From: Candidatus Yanofskybacteria bacterium CG10_big_fil_rev_8_21_14_0_10_36_16 | GTDB taxonomy: Bacteria; Patescibacteriota; Minisyncoccia; 2-02-FULL-40-12; IGHO2-01-FULL-4-A | Assembly: GCA_002794035.1 (NCBI GenBank) | Contig: PCXQ01000005.1 | Span: 16,909-80,908, forward strand | Direction of reading: 5' to 3' | DNA: 64,000 bases | Part shown: one piece after another, positions 1-9,606 of the stretch | How the letters are laid out: each line of letters opens with the position of its first letter | How positions within the stretch are numbered: the first letter of the stretch is position 1 | The notes under the pieces: generated by a model | The model's database searches: none | Seen by the model: the letters and a program-made list of their open reading frames with translations, nothing else | Told to the model about the DNA's origin: nothing | Program-made: the position numbers and the translations under genes

Positions 1-639
1 TTCTCTGACCATGCCCTTAATACCATCTGAGGGTAAATCCAAAATAAACATCGCCATGGTTTTATTGCCGCCGCCTTTTTGAGTCTGAGCAATAATAACC
101 ATAACATCTGCAATTTCGGCGTTAGTTATAAACTGCTTATTCCCATTTACAACCCAGCCGCCATCAACTTTCTCTGCCATAGTAGACATACTTGCCACAT
201 CAGAACCCACACCTTGTTCAGTTGATGCCAAAGCACCAATTTTTTTTGCACTGACCAGATCGGACAAATAACGTTCCTTCTGCTCATCATTGCCAAAAAG
301 TGCAATAGCTTCTGAAGCCAAGCTCATATGAGCACCTACAGCCAAAGCAAACGCGGGGTCAACATAACCTAGCTCATCTGAAACAATACAGGCACCAATT
401 TTGCCCATTTCAAATCCGCCATATTGTTCAGGAAGGCTCACCCCAAAAACTCCCAACCCAGCTAATTTCTGCCATAATTCTTCGGGAGTTTCCTCATTTT
501 CATCCATCCACTGAACCAACGGTTTACCTTCTCTTTTAGCATTTAAAACTTCATCTCTACAAAAATCCTTTACAGACTTCCTTAACATCAAATAATCTTC
601 GGTTTCCCAAACTGGATTTAAGGCATTACTAGTCAACAT
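1..639 (-). CDS. Acyl-CoA dehydrogenase, N-terminal and middle domains; the 3' part of the gene lies beyond the window start
   Basis: Absent from the ORF track because it runs off the edge. Minus-strand translation from the ATG at 639 (AAGAGG Shine-Dalgarno upstream) gives MLTSNALNPVWETEDYLMLRKSVKDFCRDEV...SLPEQYGGFEMG...GALASTEQGVGSDVASMSTMAEKVDGGWVVNGNKQFITNA. This carries the ACAD hallmarks TExxxGSD and G.K.FITN. Confidence 0.75.
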   Translation of the reverse strand, partial: MLTSNALNPVWETEDYLMLRKSVKDFCRDEVLNAKREGKPLVQWMDENEETPEELWQKLAGLGVFGVSLPEQYGGFEMGKIGACIVSDELGYVDPAFALAVGAHMSLASEAIALFGNDEQKERYLSDLVSAKKIGALASTEQGVGSDVASMSTMAEKVDGGWVVNGNKQFITNAEIADVMVIIAQTQKGGGNKTMAMFILDLPSDGIKGMVRE

Positions 640-723
640 TTCTGCCTCTTATTTCCTTTTAAACAAACCGGCATAAAGATATCAAAAAGACTGTTTTTTG
701 ACAATATTATTCAAAAATACAAG

Positions 724-766
724 GTACAAAAAAGCCCCGCTAGGGCGAGGCTATTATATTTTTTTT
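724..766. terminator. Bidirectional intrinsic terminator downstream of the Cys-rich gene
   Basis: Hairpin AGCCCCGC-tagg-GCGAGGCT (733-752), flanked by an A-run at 726-732 and a T-run at 756-766. Confidence 0.6.
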
Positions 767-1125
767 AATTCGGGAGCAAAATAACGTTCTTCACGCGTTC
801 TGTGACAATGAGGACATTCGAATCTCACCTGATACTGAAACACGTGCCCGTTCAATCTCTCAGGTGCCCCCTTAAGCCATTTAGCTTCATACTCGTAATC
901 AGAAGCCACAGGACCAATAACTTTTACTACTTTTCCCTTAAATCTGTAGGTTATATCACATGCAGCACAAAAACGAAGTTCAATATTTTCTACTTTGTCA
1001 CCCACCTTAAAAACTTTTTCTTCGAGAATCCTGCTTTCGCATTTTTCAGCTTCACTAGCCTTTTGATATTCAGCCTCGCAAAGAGAACATTTATAAGTTA
1101 CGACCGTTTTGGTAATTTTTTTCAT
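754..1125 (-). CDS. Small cytoplasmic Cys-rich protein with four CxxC pairs, zinc-ribbon-like; hypothetical
   Basis: 123-aa ORF with CSLC, C...C, CAAC and CPHC pairs. A terminator follows it. It is divergent from lexA. Confidence 0.55.
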   Translation of the reverse strand: MKKITKTVVTYKCSLCEAEYQKASEAEKCESRILEEKVFKVGDKVENIELRFCAACDITYRFKGKVVKVIGPVASDYEYEAKWLKGAPERLNGHVFQYQVRFECPHCHRTREERYFAPELKKI

Positions 1126-1227
1126 AATAATCCCCTGTTTTGATTTTTAAATAACCTAATGATTTTATAACAAAAAATTACACCTTGTTCAATTAATAAA
1201 TGTAGTTTTAAATAAACAAGATTAAAC

Positions 1228-1236
1228 TTATCCACA
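1228..1236 (+). promoter_or_regulatory. Perfect DnaA-box 9-mer TTATCCACA in the lexA divergent intergenic region
   Basis: Exact match to the consensus DnaA box. It is one of four perfect copies seen in the window, all intergenic. Confidence 0.3.
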
Positions 1237-1340
1237 ATTAAGCACTTTTGCATTTTCGGTTTACTTTCGGTTATAATTATTTTAATAACAGTATCCCTTA
1301 ATAAAAACTTGTGTGTTTGTCCAAGTTCAAGTTCAAATCA

Positions 1341-1389
1341 GTTTATGAATGAAGAGGCGTACTTAAGCTACGTTAAGTTATTCATAAAC
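1341..1389. repeat. Nested palindrome upstream of lexA (candidate operator or 5'-UTR hairpin)
   Basis: GTTTATGAAT (1341-1350) and ATTCATAAAC (1380-1389) are perfect inverted 10-mers. The 29-bp spacer contains the inner partial palindrome CGTAcTTAAGcTACG. Confidence 0.4.
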
Positions 1390-1444
1390 AATTGACTAAA
1401 CCCACAGGGCGAAAAACATGTTAAACTCACATCACTAAGGCTTC

Positions 1445-2311
1445 ATGTTTTTCGCAAATAAGTTTTTAATGCTTACCAAAAAACAAAAACAAGTATTGGA
1501 TTACGTAACCAAATACATCTCAAAACGAGATTACGCTCCCACGCTTGAGGAAATAGCGGACCACCTTGGGGTTTCTGCTATATCTACTGTTCATGGCCAC
1601 CTTTCAAAACTCAAGGAGCTCGGCTATCTTGACCGTCCTGAAAACCAGCCCCGCTCAATCAATGTCATTGGTCATGAAACTATGATAAAAATACCTCTAG
1701 CTGGAGTAATATCTGCCGGCGCTGGTATTGAAGCCCTTGAAATGCCCGAATCAATCGCAATCCCCAAAAGCAAATTCCCCTCTTTAAGCGACATTTTCGC
1801 TTTGAAAGTTTCTGGAGACAGCATGAAAGATGAAAACATTAATGACGGCGATGTTGTAATACTAAAAAAACAAAAAATAGCCGAAAACGGCCAAAAAGTT
1901 GTAGCACTACTAAATGACGGAGTTGCCACATTAAAAAAATTCTACCGAGAGCGAGGCTATATCCGTCTCCAACCTGCAAACAAAGATATGGATCCGATAA
2001 TAGTAAAAAGCGGATGGGAAGTTGCAATTCAAGGCGTAGTAATGGATGTCATTCATTCTGAAATGAAAAAAACTGCCACATTTGAACCCATCCCGCTAAA
2101 ATCAGTTAAAGCTTCACAATCCCCCACCAAAGCCAATCAAAAAAATTCTTATTACACACCCCAAGAACTCGCTGCCACTTTACGCATAAAACCCCCTACC
2201 ATATATAGATACATCAAAACAGGAAAAATAAAAGCCTACAAAATCGGAAAAGAATTCCGCATAGATAATAAAGAATTTCACAGCTTCCTCAAAAAAGTTA
2301 AAACAATATAA
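1445..2311 (+). CDS. lexA: LexA repressor (S24 peptidase) with an extra C-terminal excisionase/MerR-type HTH (HTH_17-like) domain
   Basis: N-terminal wHTH (TLEEIADHLGVSAISTVHGHLSKLKELGYL) and the cleavage-site region VISAGAGIEA. Catalytic Ser in KVSGDSM and Lys in VVILKKQ. A linker is followed by YYTPQELAATLRIKPPTIYRYIKTGKIKAYKIGKEFRIDNKEFHSFL, typical of excisionase-family HTH. The likely true start is Met at 1469 (MLTKKQ). Confidence 0.8.
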   Translation: MFFANKFLMLTKKQKQVLDYVTKYISKRDYAPTLEEIADHLGVSAISTVHGHLSKLKELGYLDRPENQPRSINVIGHETMIKIPLAGVISAGAGIEALEMPESIAIPKSKFPSLSDIFALKVSGDSMKDENINDGDVVILKKQKIAENGQKVVALLNDGVATLKKFYRERGYIRLQPANKDMDPIIVKSGWEVAIQGVVMDVIHSEMKKTATFEPIPLKSVKASQSPTKANQKNSYYTPQELAATLRIKPPTIYRYIKTGKIKAYKIGKEFRIDNKEFHSFLKKVKTI

Positions 2312-2336
2312 AAAACCCACCAAGGTGGGTTTTTTA
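2311..2336 (+). terminator. Intrinsic terminator after lexA
   Basis: ACCCACC-aa-GGTGGGT hairpin followed by TTTTT. Confidence 0.7.
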
Positions 2337-2344
2337 ATTTAATC

Positions 2345-2420
2345 GGGTGGACCCAGCCGGGCTCGAACCGGCCACCTCCACATTGCAAATGTGGCGCTCT
2401 ACCGAATGAGCTATGGGCCC
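2345..2420 (-). tRNA. tRNA-Ala (anticodon UGC)
   Basis: Minus-strand cloverleaf GGGCCCA/TGGGTCC acceptor with the G3:U70 Ala identity pair. Anticodon stem CCACA/TGTGG with loop TTTGCAA. T-arm GCCGG-TTCGAGC-CCGGC. CCA is not encoded. Confidence 0.9.
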
Positions 2421-2440
2421 ATACAAATGAATAATACAAC

Positions 2441-2476
2441 AACAAAAGCGGTTTCGCAACAGAAACCGCTTTTTTA
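2441..2476 (-). terminator. Intrinsic terminator after prs
   Basis: GCGGTTTC-gcaaca-GAAACCGC hairpin flanked by A and T runs, so it can act in both directions. Confidence 0.65.
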
Positions 2477-2645
2477 AGAACTTTAATGAAATAATCCTCT
2501 TTCGTTACAAAATTTTTAAATTTTGAGATAAAACGTAATTAAAATTTCGATGAATAGCTCATTCTATTTTGAAAAATTTTTGTATAGTTTTAGCCAAAAC
2601 TTAAAAATTGCAGTAGGATACGGGATTATTTGATAGGTTCTAGTT

Positions 2646-3617
2646 CTAATCAAATAAGGCAGCACTTAAAGATTGATTATTGGAAATTCTTACAATTGCT
2701 CTAGCAAAATGTTCAGAAACTGAAACCACTTCTATTTTATCAGCGCTCTCAATTTTTTGACTTGTAGTTGGATTATAAACCGTGTCAGTAACAAAAATCC
2801 TATCTATAAGAGAATTGTTAATCTTTTCAAAAGCGTCATCAGAAAACAACCCATGAGTAGCAACCGCAAGAACCCTTTTAGCACCCTTATTTATCAATGC
2901 CTCGGCACCAGCCACTACCGTACCACAAGTATCAAACATATCATCAACAACAAGAGCTATCTTCCCCTCAACTTCCCCAACAACATTATAGGCCCTTGTC
3001 CTATTTGGACCTTCACGTCTTTTATCAATTATGGCCAAATCAGAACCGTTTAATCTTTGGGCCCATGCTCTAGCCCTATTTACCCCGCCTGCATCTGGAG
3101 AAACAACAACAATCTCATTGTTGTTTATCTCATTTTCAAACAATCCTTTAATAACCTTAATCAAAACAGGCCTAGCATAAAGGTGATCAACTTTTGTGTT
3201 TCTAAAAAAACCCTCGATAGCATTTGCATGTAAATCCATAAAAACAACCCTTTCTATCCCAAGCTCATCTATAAATTGCGCCCACAAACTGGCTGAGATC
3301 GCTTCACGTCCTGCACTTTTTCTTTCTTGTCTGGCATATCCGTAATAAGGCACAACAGCGATTACCCTCAGGGCTGATGCACCAAGAGCAGCTTTAAGCA
3401 TAAGGAATAACTGAATTAGATTACTATCAGGCTGATTGGTTGATTGAATAACAAAAACTGTCTGGTTCCTCAAATTTTCTTCAAAACGAACATATTGTTC
3501 CCCATCTGCGAAATTAGTTAGTTTTATATGCCCAAGATCTTCTTCTATGTCACTGACCTGCACAATTTTTTCTGCCAAAGGATGATTGGCTCCTCCGCTA
3601 AAAATCTTAAAATCCAT
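2646..3617 (-). CDS. prs: Ribose-phosphate pyrophosphokinase (PRPP synthetase)
   Basis: Full-length Prs-like sequence with the PRPP-binding loop VVDDMFDTCGTVVAGAEAL and N-terminal DFKIFSGGANHPLAEKI. The start is probably the second ATG, which has GGAGG upstream. Confidence 0.9.
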   Translation of the reverse strand: MDFKIFSGGANHPLAEKIVQVSDIEEDLGHIKLTNFADGEQYVRFEENLRNQTVFVIQSTNQPDSNLIQLFLMLKAALGASALRVIAVVPYYGYARQERKSAGREAISASLWAQFIDELGIERVVFMDLHANAIEGFFRNTKVDHLYARPVLIKVIKGLFENEINNNEIVVVSPDAGGVNRARAWAQRLNGSDLAIIDKRREGPNRTRAYNVVGEVEGKIALVVDDMFDTCGTVVAGAEALINKGAKRVLAVATHGLFSDDAFEKINNSLIDRIFVTDTVYNPTTSQKIESADKIEVVSVSEHFARAIVRISNNQSLSAALFD

Positions 3618-3743
3618 GTCTGCCTCCATATTTAAATATTAAAGATTCCGGATTTAGTGTAATAAAAATCACCCCTAAGGGCAAATATTAAACTGGTTTT
3701 CCCCATATAGTTTCCCGCACAGAAAAAAACATGGAAAAAAATG

Positions 3744-3816
3744 TGGGTGTGGAAGGAATCGAACCTTCGACCTCTGTCTTATCAGGACAGCGTTCTAACC
3801 ACTGAACTACACACCC
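3744..3816 (-). tRNA. tRNA-Ile (anticodon GAU)
   Basis: Acceptor GGGTGTG/CACACCC. D-arm GTTC-AGTGGTTA-GAAC. Anticodon stem CTGTC/GACAG with loop CTGATAA. T-arm GAAGG-TTCGATT-CCTTC. Confidence 0.9.
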
Positions 3817-3897
3817 AAATATCAAAGCCGGGGTAGGAGGGCAAGTAAATATTACAATAAAAAAAGGGGTTTTTCAACCTCTTTGTTTTAACTTTCT

Positions 3898-4578
3898 TTA
3901 AATATTAATGCCTCTTCCTGACAATTTTCTTCTTAGACCGTCAACGTTAACTTCTATAGGATTGGTGTGGACAAAATGAAAATAATCGCCCATACCCACA
4001 TCTTCAGCCGCTTTACAATTTTCGAATAAATCATCCACAAATATTGCATTGCTTGGATCAACACCGTTGCGCTTTAAATAACACAGGGCATGATCATAAA
4101 TGCATCTAGCTGGTTTTAGGCAGTTTATGGGATACTCATGAGATGCGAAAATTTCATCAAAAGGTTCAAGAATTTGAGGCATCTCTGAGCACAAATGATC
4201 ATAGTGAAGTTCATTGGTATTTGTTATTATTGCCATGAAATCAAAATGAGGTTTCGCTGCTTGAATCAAAGATGTCATTTCCTCAATTTCGCTGAAAACG
4301 TTATTAAAGCTTTCAACAAATAATTTGAATGTAAATTTTTCAAAATCTATACTTAAAACATCAAAAACTTGTTCGTAATAATCACGTGCGCCAATACGCC
4401 CAGTGCCAAAATCCCTGTTAACGTTGCCTAAAAAATGTTTATCATTTAAGGTAAGACGCTCGCGTAATTCTGTTTCTTTTTTACCAGTAATATTTGATAC
4501 GGATTTAAAAAATGAATCAAAAGAAACATTTACAAGTACACCACCTAAATCTGTTATGAAAGCTCTTGGTCGTTTCAC
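3898..4578 (-). CDS. HAD-superfamily hydrolase (motif I variant FITDLGGVL)
   Basis: N-terminal hhhTDxGGVL HAD-like motif I and C-terminal FVDD (motif IV-like). Confidence 0.55.
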   Translation of the reverse strand: MKRPRAFITDLGGVLVNVSFDSFFKSVSNITGKKETELRERLTLNDKHFLGNVNRDFGTGRIGARDYYEQVFDVLSIDFEKFTFKLFVESFNNVFSEIEEMTSLIQAAKPHFDFMAIITNTNELHYDHLCSEMPQILEPFDEIFASHEYPINCLKPARCIYDHALCYLKRNGVDPSNAIFVDDLFENCKAAEDVGMGDYFHFVHTNPIEVNVDGLRRKLSGRGINI

Positions 4579-4669
4579 TTTTGCATCCTCCTCTTTATTT
4601 AAAAGAACATCCTTGTTAATCTAACAAATAAATAACAATAAAACAAGTAAAAAAGCAAATAATAACACC

Positions 4670-5218
4670 TTGAATAAAAAACAAAAACTTGAATATATCT
4701 GGAAAGCAATTCGCAAGGCGCATCCTAAAAAAACGCTTGTTTTTAGTGATGGTTCACCAAACAATAAGATAATGATAATAGGCGAAGCACCCGGAATAGA
4801 TGAAGAAAACCAAGGCCTGCCTTTTGTTGGCAGGGCAGGAAAACTGCTTATTGCCACGCTTGAAAAACTTAGCTGTCCAAGAAGCGAATTTTATATTTCA
4901 AACGTAGTTAAGTATAGACCACAAAACGAGTTCGGAAAAACACTAACACCCACCCTGAAAGAAATAGCAATATTCCGAACATCTATAGAAAAAGAAATTG
5001 AAATCATAAATCCAAAAATTATTGTTTTACTAGGACGCATAGCAATGGTCGGCATGGGAATTAAAGGCACTATGGGCGCAAACCATGGTAAAATAATAAC
5101 TCGCGATAACAAAAAAATACTTATTGTTTATCACCCCGCTGCTATACTCCGCAACCCAAACCTAAAACCCATCTTTCGCAAAGACCTTTCAAAAATAAAA
5201 AAAATGTCACAATCTTAA
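4670..5218 (+). CDS. Uracil-DNA glycosylase, family 4
   Basis: Motifs IIGEAPG, FVGRAGKLL and HPAAILR. Confidence 0.8.
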   Translation: MNKKQKLEYIWKAIRKAHPKKTLVFSDGSPNNKIMIIGEAPGIDEENQGLPFVGRAGKLLIATLEKLSCPRSEFYISNVVKYRPQNEFGKTLTPTLKEIAIFRTSIEKEIEIINPKIIVLLGRIAMVGMGIKGTMGANHGKIITRDNKKILIVYHPAAILRNPNLKPIFRKDLSKIKKMSQS

Positions 5219-5228
5219 TGCCCACAAC

Positions 5229-5255
5229 AAAACACCGATACCTTCGGTGTTTTTT
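5229..5255 (+). terminator. Intrinsic terminator after the UDG gene
   Basis: CACCGA-tacct-TCGGTG followed by TTTTTT. Confidence 0.65.
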
Positions 5256-5277
5256 AATACTAAGTCCGTATTGTTGT

Positions 5278-5757
5278 TTAAACCCCTGCAGCGGGAAAGC
5301 CTATAATAATATTTATATTTTTACACTCGCTTGAATCAACTATTATATTTTTTGAATAATCATATTTGTCCACAGAAACAACATATTCTCCAAATGGTGC
5401 AGTCATCTCAAATTCGCCCACTGAATCAGAAATTGTTTTTGAAACTAAATTTCCAGAAATATCATAAAGAGTAACTGATTCTAAACTTGCAGGAGTGCTC
5501 CCATTACTACCGTCATTTTCTAACATTCCAGCATTAAGTGTTATTTTACCACATATAGAACCTATATCGGTTTTGTCGGTCTCATCATCAAAATTATTAT
5601 TTTCTTCTAACTCCTTTTCTTCTAAATTGGCCGAATCATTAACTTGCTCTTCATCTAAATCAAAGCCGTTATCTTGAGTAACGGAAAAATATATACCACC
5701 TCCAATAACCGCCAAAACGATTATAAATATTAATGATGTTTTATAATTAGCAATCAT
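5278..5757 (-). CDS. Membrane-anchored secreted protein with a carboxypeptidase-regulatory-like beta-sandwich
   Basis: N-terminal TM segment, acidic linker, then ICGKITLNAG...VGEFEMTAPFGEYVVSV. Confidence 0.45.
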   Translation of the reverse strand: MIANYKTSLIFIIVLAVIGGGIYFSVTQDNGFDLDEEQVNDSANLEEKELEENNNFDDETDKTDIGSICGKITLNAGMLENDGSNGSTPASLESVTLYDISGNLVSKTISDSVGEFEMTAPFGEYVVSVDKYDYSKNIIVDSSECKNINIIIGFPAAGV

Positions 5758-5794
5758 TTTTTAAAAAATATTTAAGATGCAACTAAATTTTTCA

Positions 5795-6427
5795 TTAATT
5801 ATTTAGATGAACATCTAGTCCAATTTTATCTACTAATTTTTCATGCGGACCCTCCAATAACACTCGTATAAATCTGTCGAACATTCCCAATCTGTACAAA
5901 AACTCTTCTTTATCCATTACGGCATATTTTATTTCCTTTCCCGCTTCAGCTTCTAGCCATTTCAAAAAAATACGTAATTTTCTACGATCAAGATCGTCAA
6001 CAACCAAAAAGAGATCCAAACTGGGAGAATCTGGCACCTGCTTTTCAATAAATATGCCTGAAATTATAGACAAGCGCATTAGGCCAAGATTGTTCATCTT
6101 TGTTATCATTTTGCTTTTTTCAGCGGGAGATGATTTAAGCACCAAATCTCTGAGTTCATTAAACAAATCAAAATCAACATTTAAAACATATCTTATCCCG
6201 TTCTTTTTTGAACCTGAAGATTTTGACGCTATTGTTACCCGCCTAACCTTAACAATGCCAGCCTCTTTAAAACTGCTTATTTCTTTTCTTACCTCGGCCT
6301 GTTTTGCTTGGACCAATTTAGAAAACCCAACCACGCTAAAACCAGTGTCCGGGTTCCTAAAAAGCCACCTGAGCATTTTAGCTCTTGTCTTGGATCCCAA
6401 CAATAATTCTAGACTTTTATTGGACAT
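5795..6427 (-). CDS. Hypothetical protein with an N-terminal winged-helix-like region
   Basis: 210-aa ORF. wHTH-like region at the N-terminus; the rest is unassigned. Confidence 0.4.
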   Translation of the reverse strand: MSNKSLELLLGSKTRAKMLRWLFRNPDTGFSVVGFSKLVQAKQAEVRKEISSFKEAGIVKVRRVTIASKSSGSKKNGIRYVLNVDFDLFNELRDLVLKSSPAEKSKMITKMNNLGLMRLSIISGIFIEKQVPDSPSLDLFLVVDDLDRRKLRIFLKWLEAEAGKEIKYAVMDKEEFLYRLGMFDRFIRVLLEGPHEKLVDKIGLDVHLNN

Positions 6428-6623
6428 GCTAGTAGAATATAAAATTTACAACAAGGTTGAATAATTATCAACTGGATTGATATTAAATAAAAAGTTATTA
6501 TATATATTAGACTTATTAGGAAATAACCATTCTACTGCAATACTGAGGTTTTTGTCAAAATTATGAAATTTCTTAACGTAGATTATTCAGCAATAAGTCT
6601 AAGCAATTAAAAGTCAAAATACT

Positions 6624-8726
6624 ATGGAAAAAATTTCATTAAAACCAACAACAAACGAGCTAGTGTTCAACAAAAAAGAAAGCGACGGATCATTCTTTGA
6701 TGCAATAAGCTATAAAGAGCCGGGACTTAAAGGAGAGCGATTGGGCTCTTTGTTTGTTATAGGTAACATAAAAAATAGTTCAGATGCTGACCTCTCTTAC
6801 GTAATAAATCTAGCCTCATCTATAGCAAAAAGAGAATACTACAGTGACTCATCCCTAAAAGAAGATCCCAAAAAAGCATTTGAAAAATCTCTACAAAAAA
6901 CAAACGAGGTTTTAAAAGATTTCTTAAACGACAAAAACTTAAAGATAGATCTGGCTCTTTCTGCTATTTCTGGAAGCAACATTTATATATCACGCATAGG
7001 AAAATTTAAAATTTTCCTAGCCAGAAATAATGACACCATAGATATCTTAAACAATATAGAATTATTTAATAAAGATTCGGATTACGCCCAAAAAGAATTT
7101 TCAAATATTATTTCCGGACGACTATATCCCGGAGACAAGATATTTGCATATCTGCCTTCACGCACCTTATCTGTGCGAGAAAAAACAATCAAAAAATCAT
7201 TACTTGAGGAATCAGATTTAGGATTCAAAAAAATGCTATCAGATTTATATGAAAGCAACCCGAAGTTTTATTGTTGCGGTGTTCATGTGGTTATGGACGA
7301 AGTAAAAGAAATACCAATAGACGCATCGAATACTATCAATTTGCCTAATCAACGGCACTCCAGCGAAAGTATTCTAAAAGAAGAAACAATAAAAGAACCT
7401 CGTGATACAAAAGAAGAAACAATCACACCAGAAAAAGGACCATTGGATTCAAAAACCGTTAAACCAAACAATGACGCTGAATCCGTAGCCAAAGAAGAAA
7501 AGGCGGATTATTCAAACAAAAAAAACGAATACGACAAAAAAGAAGAGCCGGTAAAATCAATACCTGTCAGTGACGAAGTTGATACTCCTCGTCTAATATC
7601 ATCGGAGGTATCCTTAGCTAAAAAACACAATGCAATAAGCAATACTGCCAGCTTGGTAGCAAAATTCAGAGGATTCAACAGATATAATCGCAAAACAAAA
7701 GCATCGTTGTTTGTCATAATTGCCGGTTTAGTAGTTACGGGTATTTTCTCGTTTATATTTTTTGGCTTAAACGACTCGCCATTCAACGAAAACACACAGA
7801 TAATCAAAAAAACTCAAGAAAATCTAAAACTTGCCCAAGCCCATGTTACTCAAAATAATCTAAAGGCAGCTAGAGACCTCGTCGCCACAATCTTGGTTGA
7901 TATAGAAAACATAAATGATAAAAATGGTGATGCCCTAAAGGCGCAGCTAGTAGAATTTGTTAACGGAATAAACAAGGTTAGCCAACAAAAACCAGTTCAA
8001 GTAGCTGACTTATCTGAACTTTGGATTGAAGGAGAAACAGCTTCAAAAATAACTGCCATGAATGACGGCAGTATAGTAGCAGTTTCAAACAACGGCAGAG
8101 TGATTATTACCAACAGTGGTTCAATAGAAGAAATAGGATCAAGCAAATCTACCCCAAAAACAATATTCCGCACTGAAGATGGCTTTGCCCTGTTTGATGG
8201 TACCTCAAATATTGAAGTTTACAAAAATTCGGATGATGAATTAAAATTAAATGATCTAGGCAATAGTGTAATGTTTAAAGATTACACCCTGTATGCTGAT
8301 AATCTTTATGCGATAAAAGGAAATAAAATAGTAAAATATACTGATGTAATTGCAGGAGGAGACAACGAAACCACATGGGCTGAAATTGAAGAAGATTTAG
8401 TATCTATAGCGATTGATGGAAATATTTACGGTCTTGATTCAAACGGAAAGCTAATAACATACTTTAAGGGAGAAAAAGAAAACGAAGCAGTTCTATCATT
8501 GTCTCCAAACAACAATTCACACATTTGGACTGAAGGCGATTTTCCTTTTATATATCTAACAAACACGCAAACTGGAGAAGTAATGGCATTTGATAAAGAA
8601 ACATTTGAACTTAAAATAACCTATTCTCTTAATAACGGCAGTCCCGTTAAAGATATCTTCATTAGTGAAGGAGGAATTATTTGGTCACTGGATAACAACA
8701 ATGCTGTGTGGAAACTGGAGCCATAG
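6624..8726 (+). CDS. Large membrane protein with a possible degenerate PP2C-like N-terminal domain, one TM segment and a C-terminal beta-propeller-like domain
   Basis: 700 aa. N-terminal GSLFVIGNI...ALSAISGSNIYISRIGKFKIFLARN resembles a PPM fold. TM at ASLFVIIAGLVVTGIFSFIFFGL. The C-terminus is repeat-rich. Confidence 0.4.
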   Translation: MEKISLKPTTNELVFNKKESDGSFFDAISYKEPGLKGERLGSLFVIGNIKNSSDADLSYVINLASSIAKREYYSDSSLKEDPKKAFEKSLQKTNEVLKDFLNDKNLKIDLALSAISGSNIYISRIGKFKIFLARNNDTIDILNNIELFNKDSDYAQKEFSNIISGRLYPGDKIFAYLPSRTLSVREKTIKKSLLEESDLGFKKMLSDLYESNPKFYCCGVHVVMDEVKEIPIDASNTINLPNQRHSSESILKEETIKEPRDTKEETITPEKGPLDSKTVKPNNDAESVAKEEKADYSNKKNEYDKKEEPVKSIPVSDEVDTPRLISSEVSLAKKHNAISNTASLVAKFRGFNRYNRKTKASLFVIIAGLVVTGIFSFIFFGLNDSPFNENTQIIKKTQENLKLAQAHVTQNNLKAARDLVATILVDIENINDKNGDALKAQLVEFVNGINKVSQQKPVQVADLSELWIEGETASKITAMNDGSIVAVSNNGRVIITNSGSIEEIGSSKSTPKTIFRTEDGFALFDGTSNIEVYKNSDDELKLNDLGNSVMFKDYTLYADNLYAIKGNKIVKYTDVIAGGDNETTWAEIEEDLVSIAIDGNIYGLDSNGKLITYFKGEKENEAVLSLSPNNNSHIWTEGDFPFIYLTNTQTGEVMAFDKETFELKITYSLNNGSPVKDIFISEGGIIWSLDNNNAVWKLEP

Positions 8727-8793
8727 AACCAAGCCTCGAATTTTAGTTTTGTGCAAATTTTAAATATTAAAAAACCCGCTGTGGCAGGGTTTT

Positions 8794-9597
8794 TTAATAT
8801 TGTTTGTAATAAATCCTATCTGGAAGACGCAAATCTATATATTCCAACATTTCTTTTTCTTCCTCTGTTATTTTCTCATCCCATGCTATCAATAACGCCT
8901 CCACCTGCTTTTTTATATCTGTAAACAAGCTCATATAAATACTAAACCCCTCGGCTGCAATTAAATGAAATTCGTCATTGGAATTTTTAGGTATCTGAAT
9001 TTCTTTAATCAAAATTCCTTTTTCTTCAAATTCCTTTTTTGCAATAAGAGAATTTTCAACCCAAATACTTTCTATGTAGTCCCCCACCTTTAAATCATTG
9101 TCTCTATAATCTTTGATAACTGTTATTACAAATCCGCTTGAAGTTACGGTTTGAGCATAAACAACATATTCATTGTCAAAATAGAAACAATCGGGATCAG
9201 AACACCAGATACCCTCAGGCTCTCTTTTTGTTAAAAAAAGTTCAAGTACATAATTTTTATCTTTATTTATCTCGATTTCTTTTACCTCGGGGAATTTTTC
9301 AGCCAAAAACTTAGAAAGATCGTCAGACTTCAAAAATAAAATATTGTTTTTTCTTGCTATGCCAAATTTCCTATCCTGAAGCCATTCATCTGTAGCTGTC
9401 TTAATTACATCTCCCCTTAGAGGCTCTGGAACTGTTATATTAACGCCCTGCACCTCAAATTTTCCAGACAAGAATAAAAAGTAAAAAAAGCCACCCAAAG
9501 CAAAAATAATTGCAATCAAAATCAATAAGGCTCTTGTTCTGGCCCGCCTTCTCTTTTTCTCTCCATAATCATCTTTAAAACGTTTAACTTGTCTCAT
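8794..9597 (-). CDS. ftsQ: Cell-division protein FtsQ/DivIB-like (POTRA domain)
   Basis: Arg-rich cytoplasmic N-terminus, a single TM, then a POTRA-like FEVQGVNITVPEPLRGDVIK region. It sits next to alr. Confidence 0.5.
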   Translation of the reverse strand: MRQVKRFKDDYGEKKRRRARTRALLILIAIIFALGGFFYFLFLSGKFEVQGVNITVPEPLRGDVIKTATDEWLQDRKFGIARKNNILFLKSDDLSKFLAEKFPEVKEIEINKDKNYVLELFLTKREPEGIWCSDPDCFYFDNEYVVYAQTVTSSGFVITVIKDYRDNDLKVGDYIESIWVENSLIAKKEFEEKGILIKEIQIPKNSNDEFHLIAAEGFSIYMSLFTDIKKQVEALLIAWDEKITEEEKEMLEYIDLRLPDRIYYKQY

Positions 9598-9606
9598 TAA
9601 TTTTAT

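Noticed and set aside
802-1143. Antisense or shadow ORFs in the six-frame track, for example 802-1143 (+), 1672-1929 (-), 2757-3053 (+), 14776-15102 (+), 28687-29121 (+), 40506-40886 (+) and 51309-51653 (+)
   Set aside because: Each lies wholly inside a longer, motif-supported gene on the opposite strand or another frame. They have low-complexity or junk-like products and lack an RBS.
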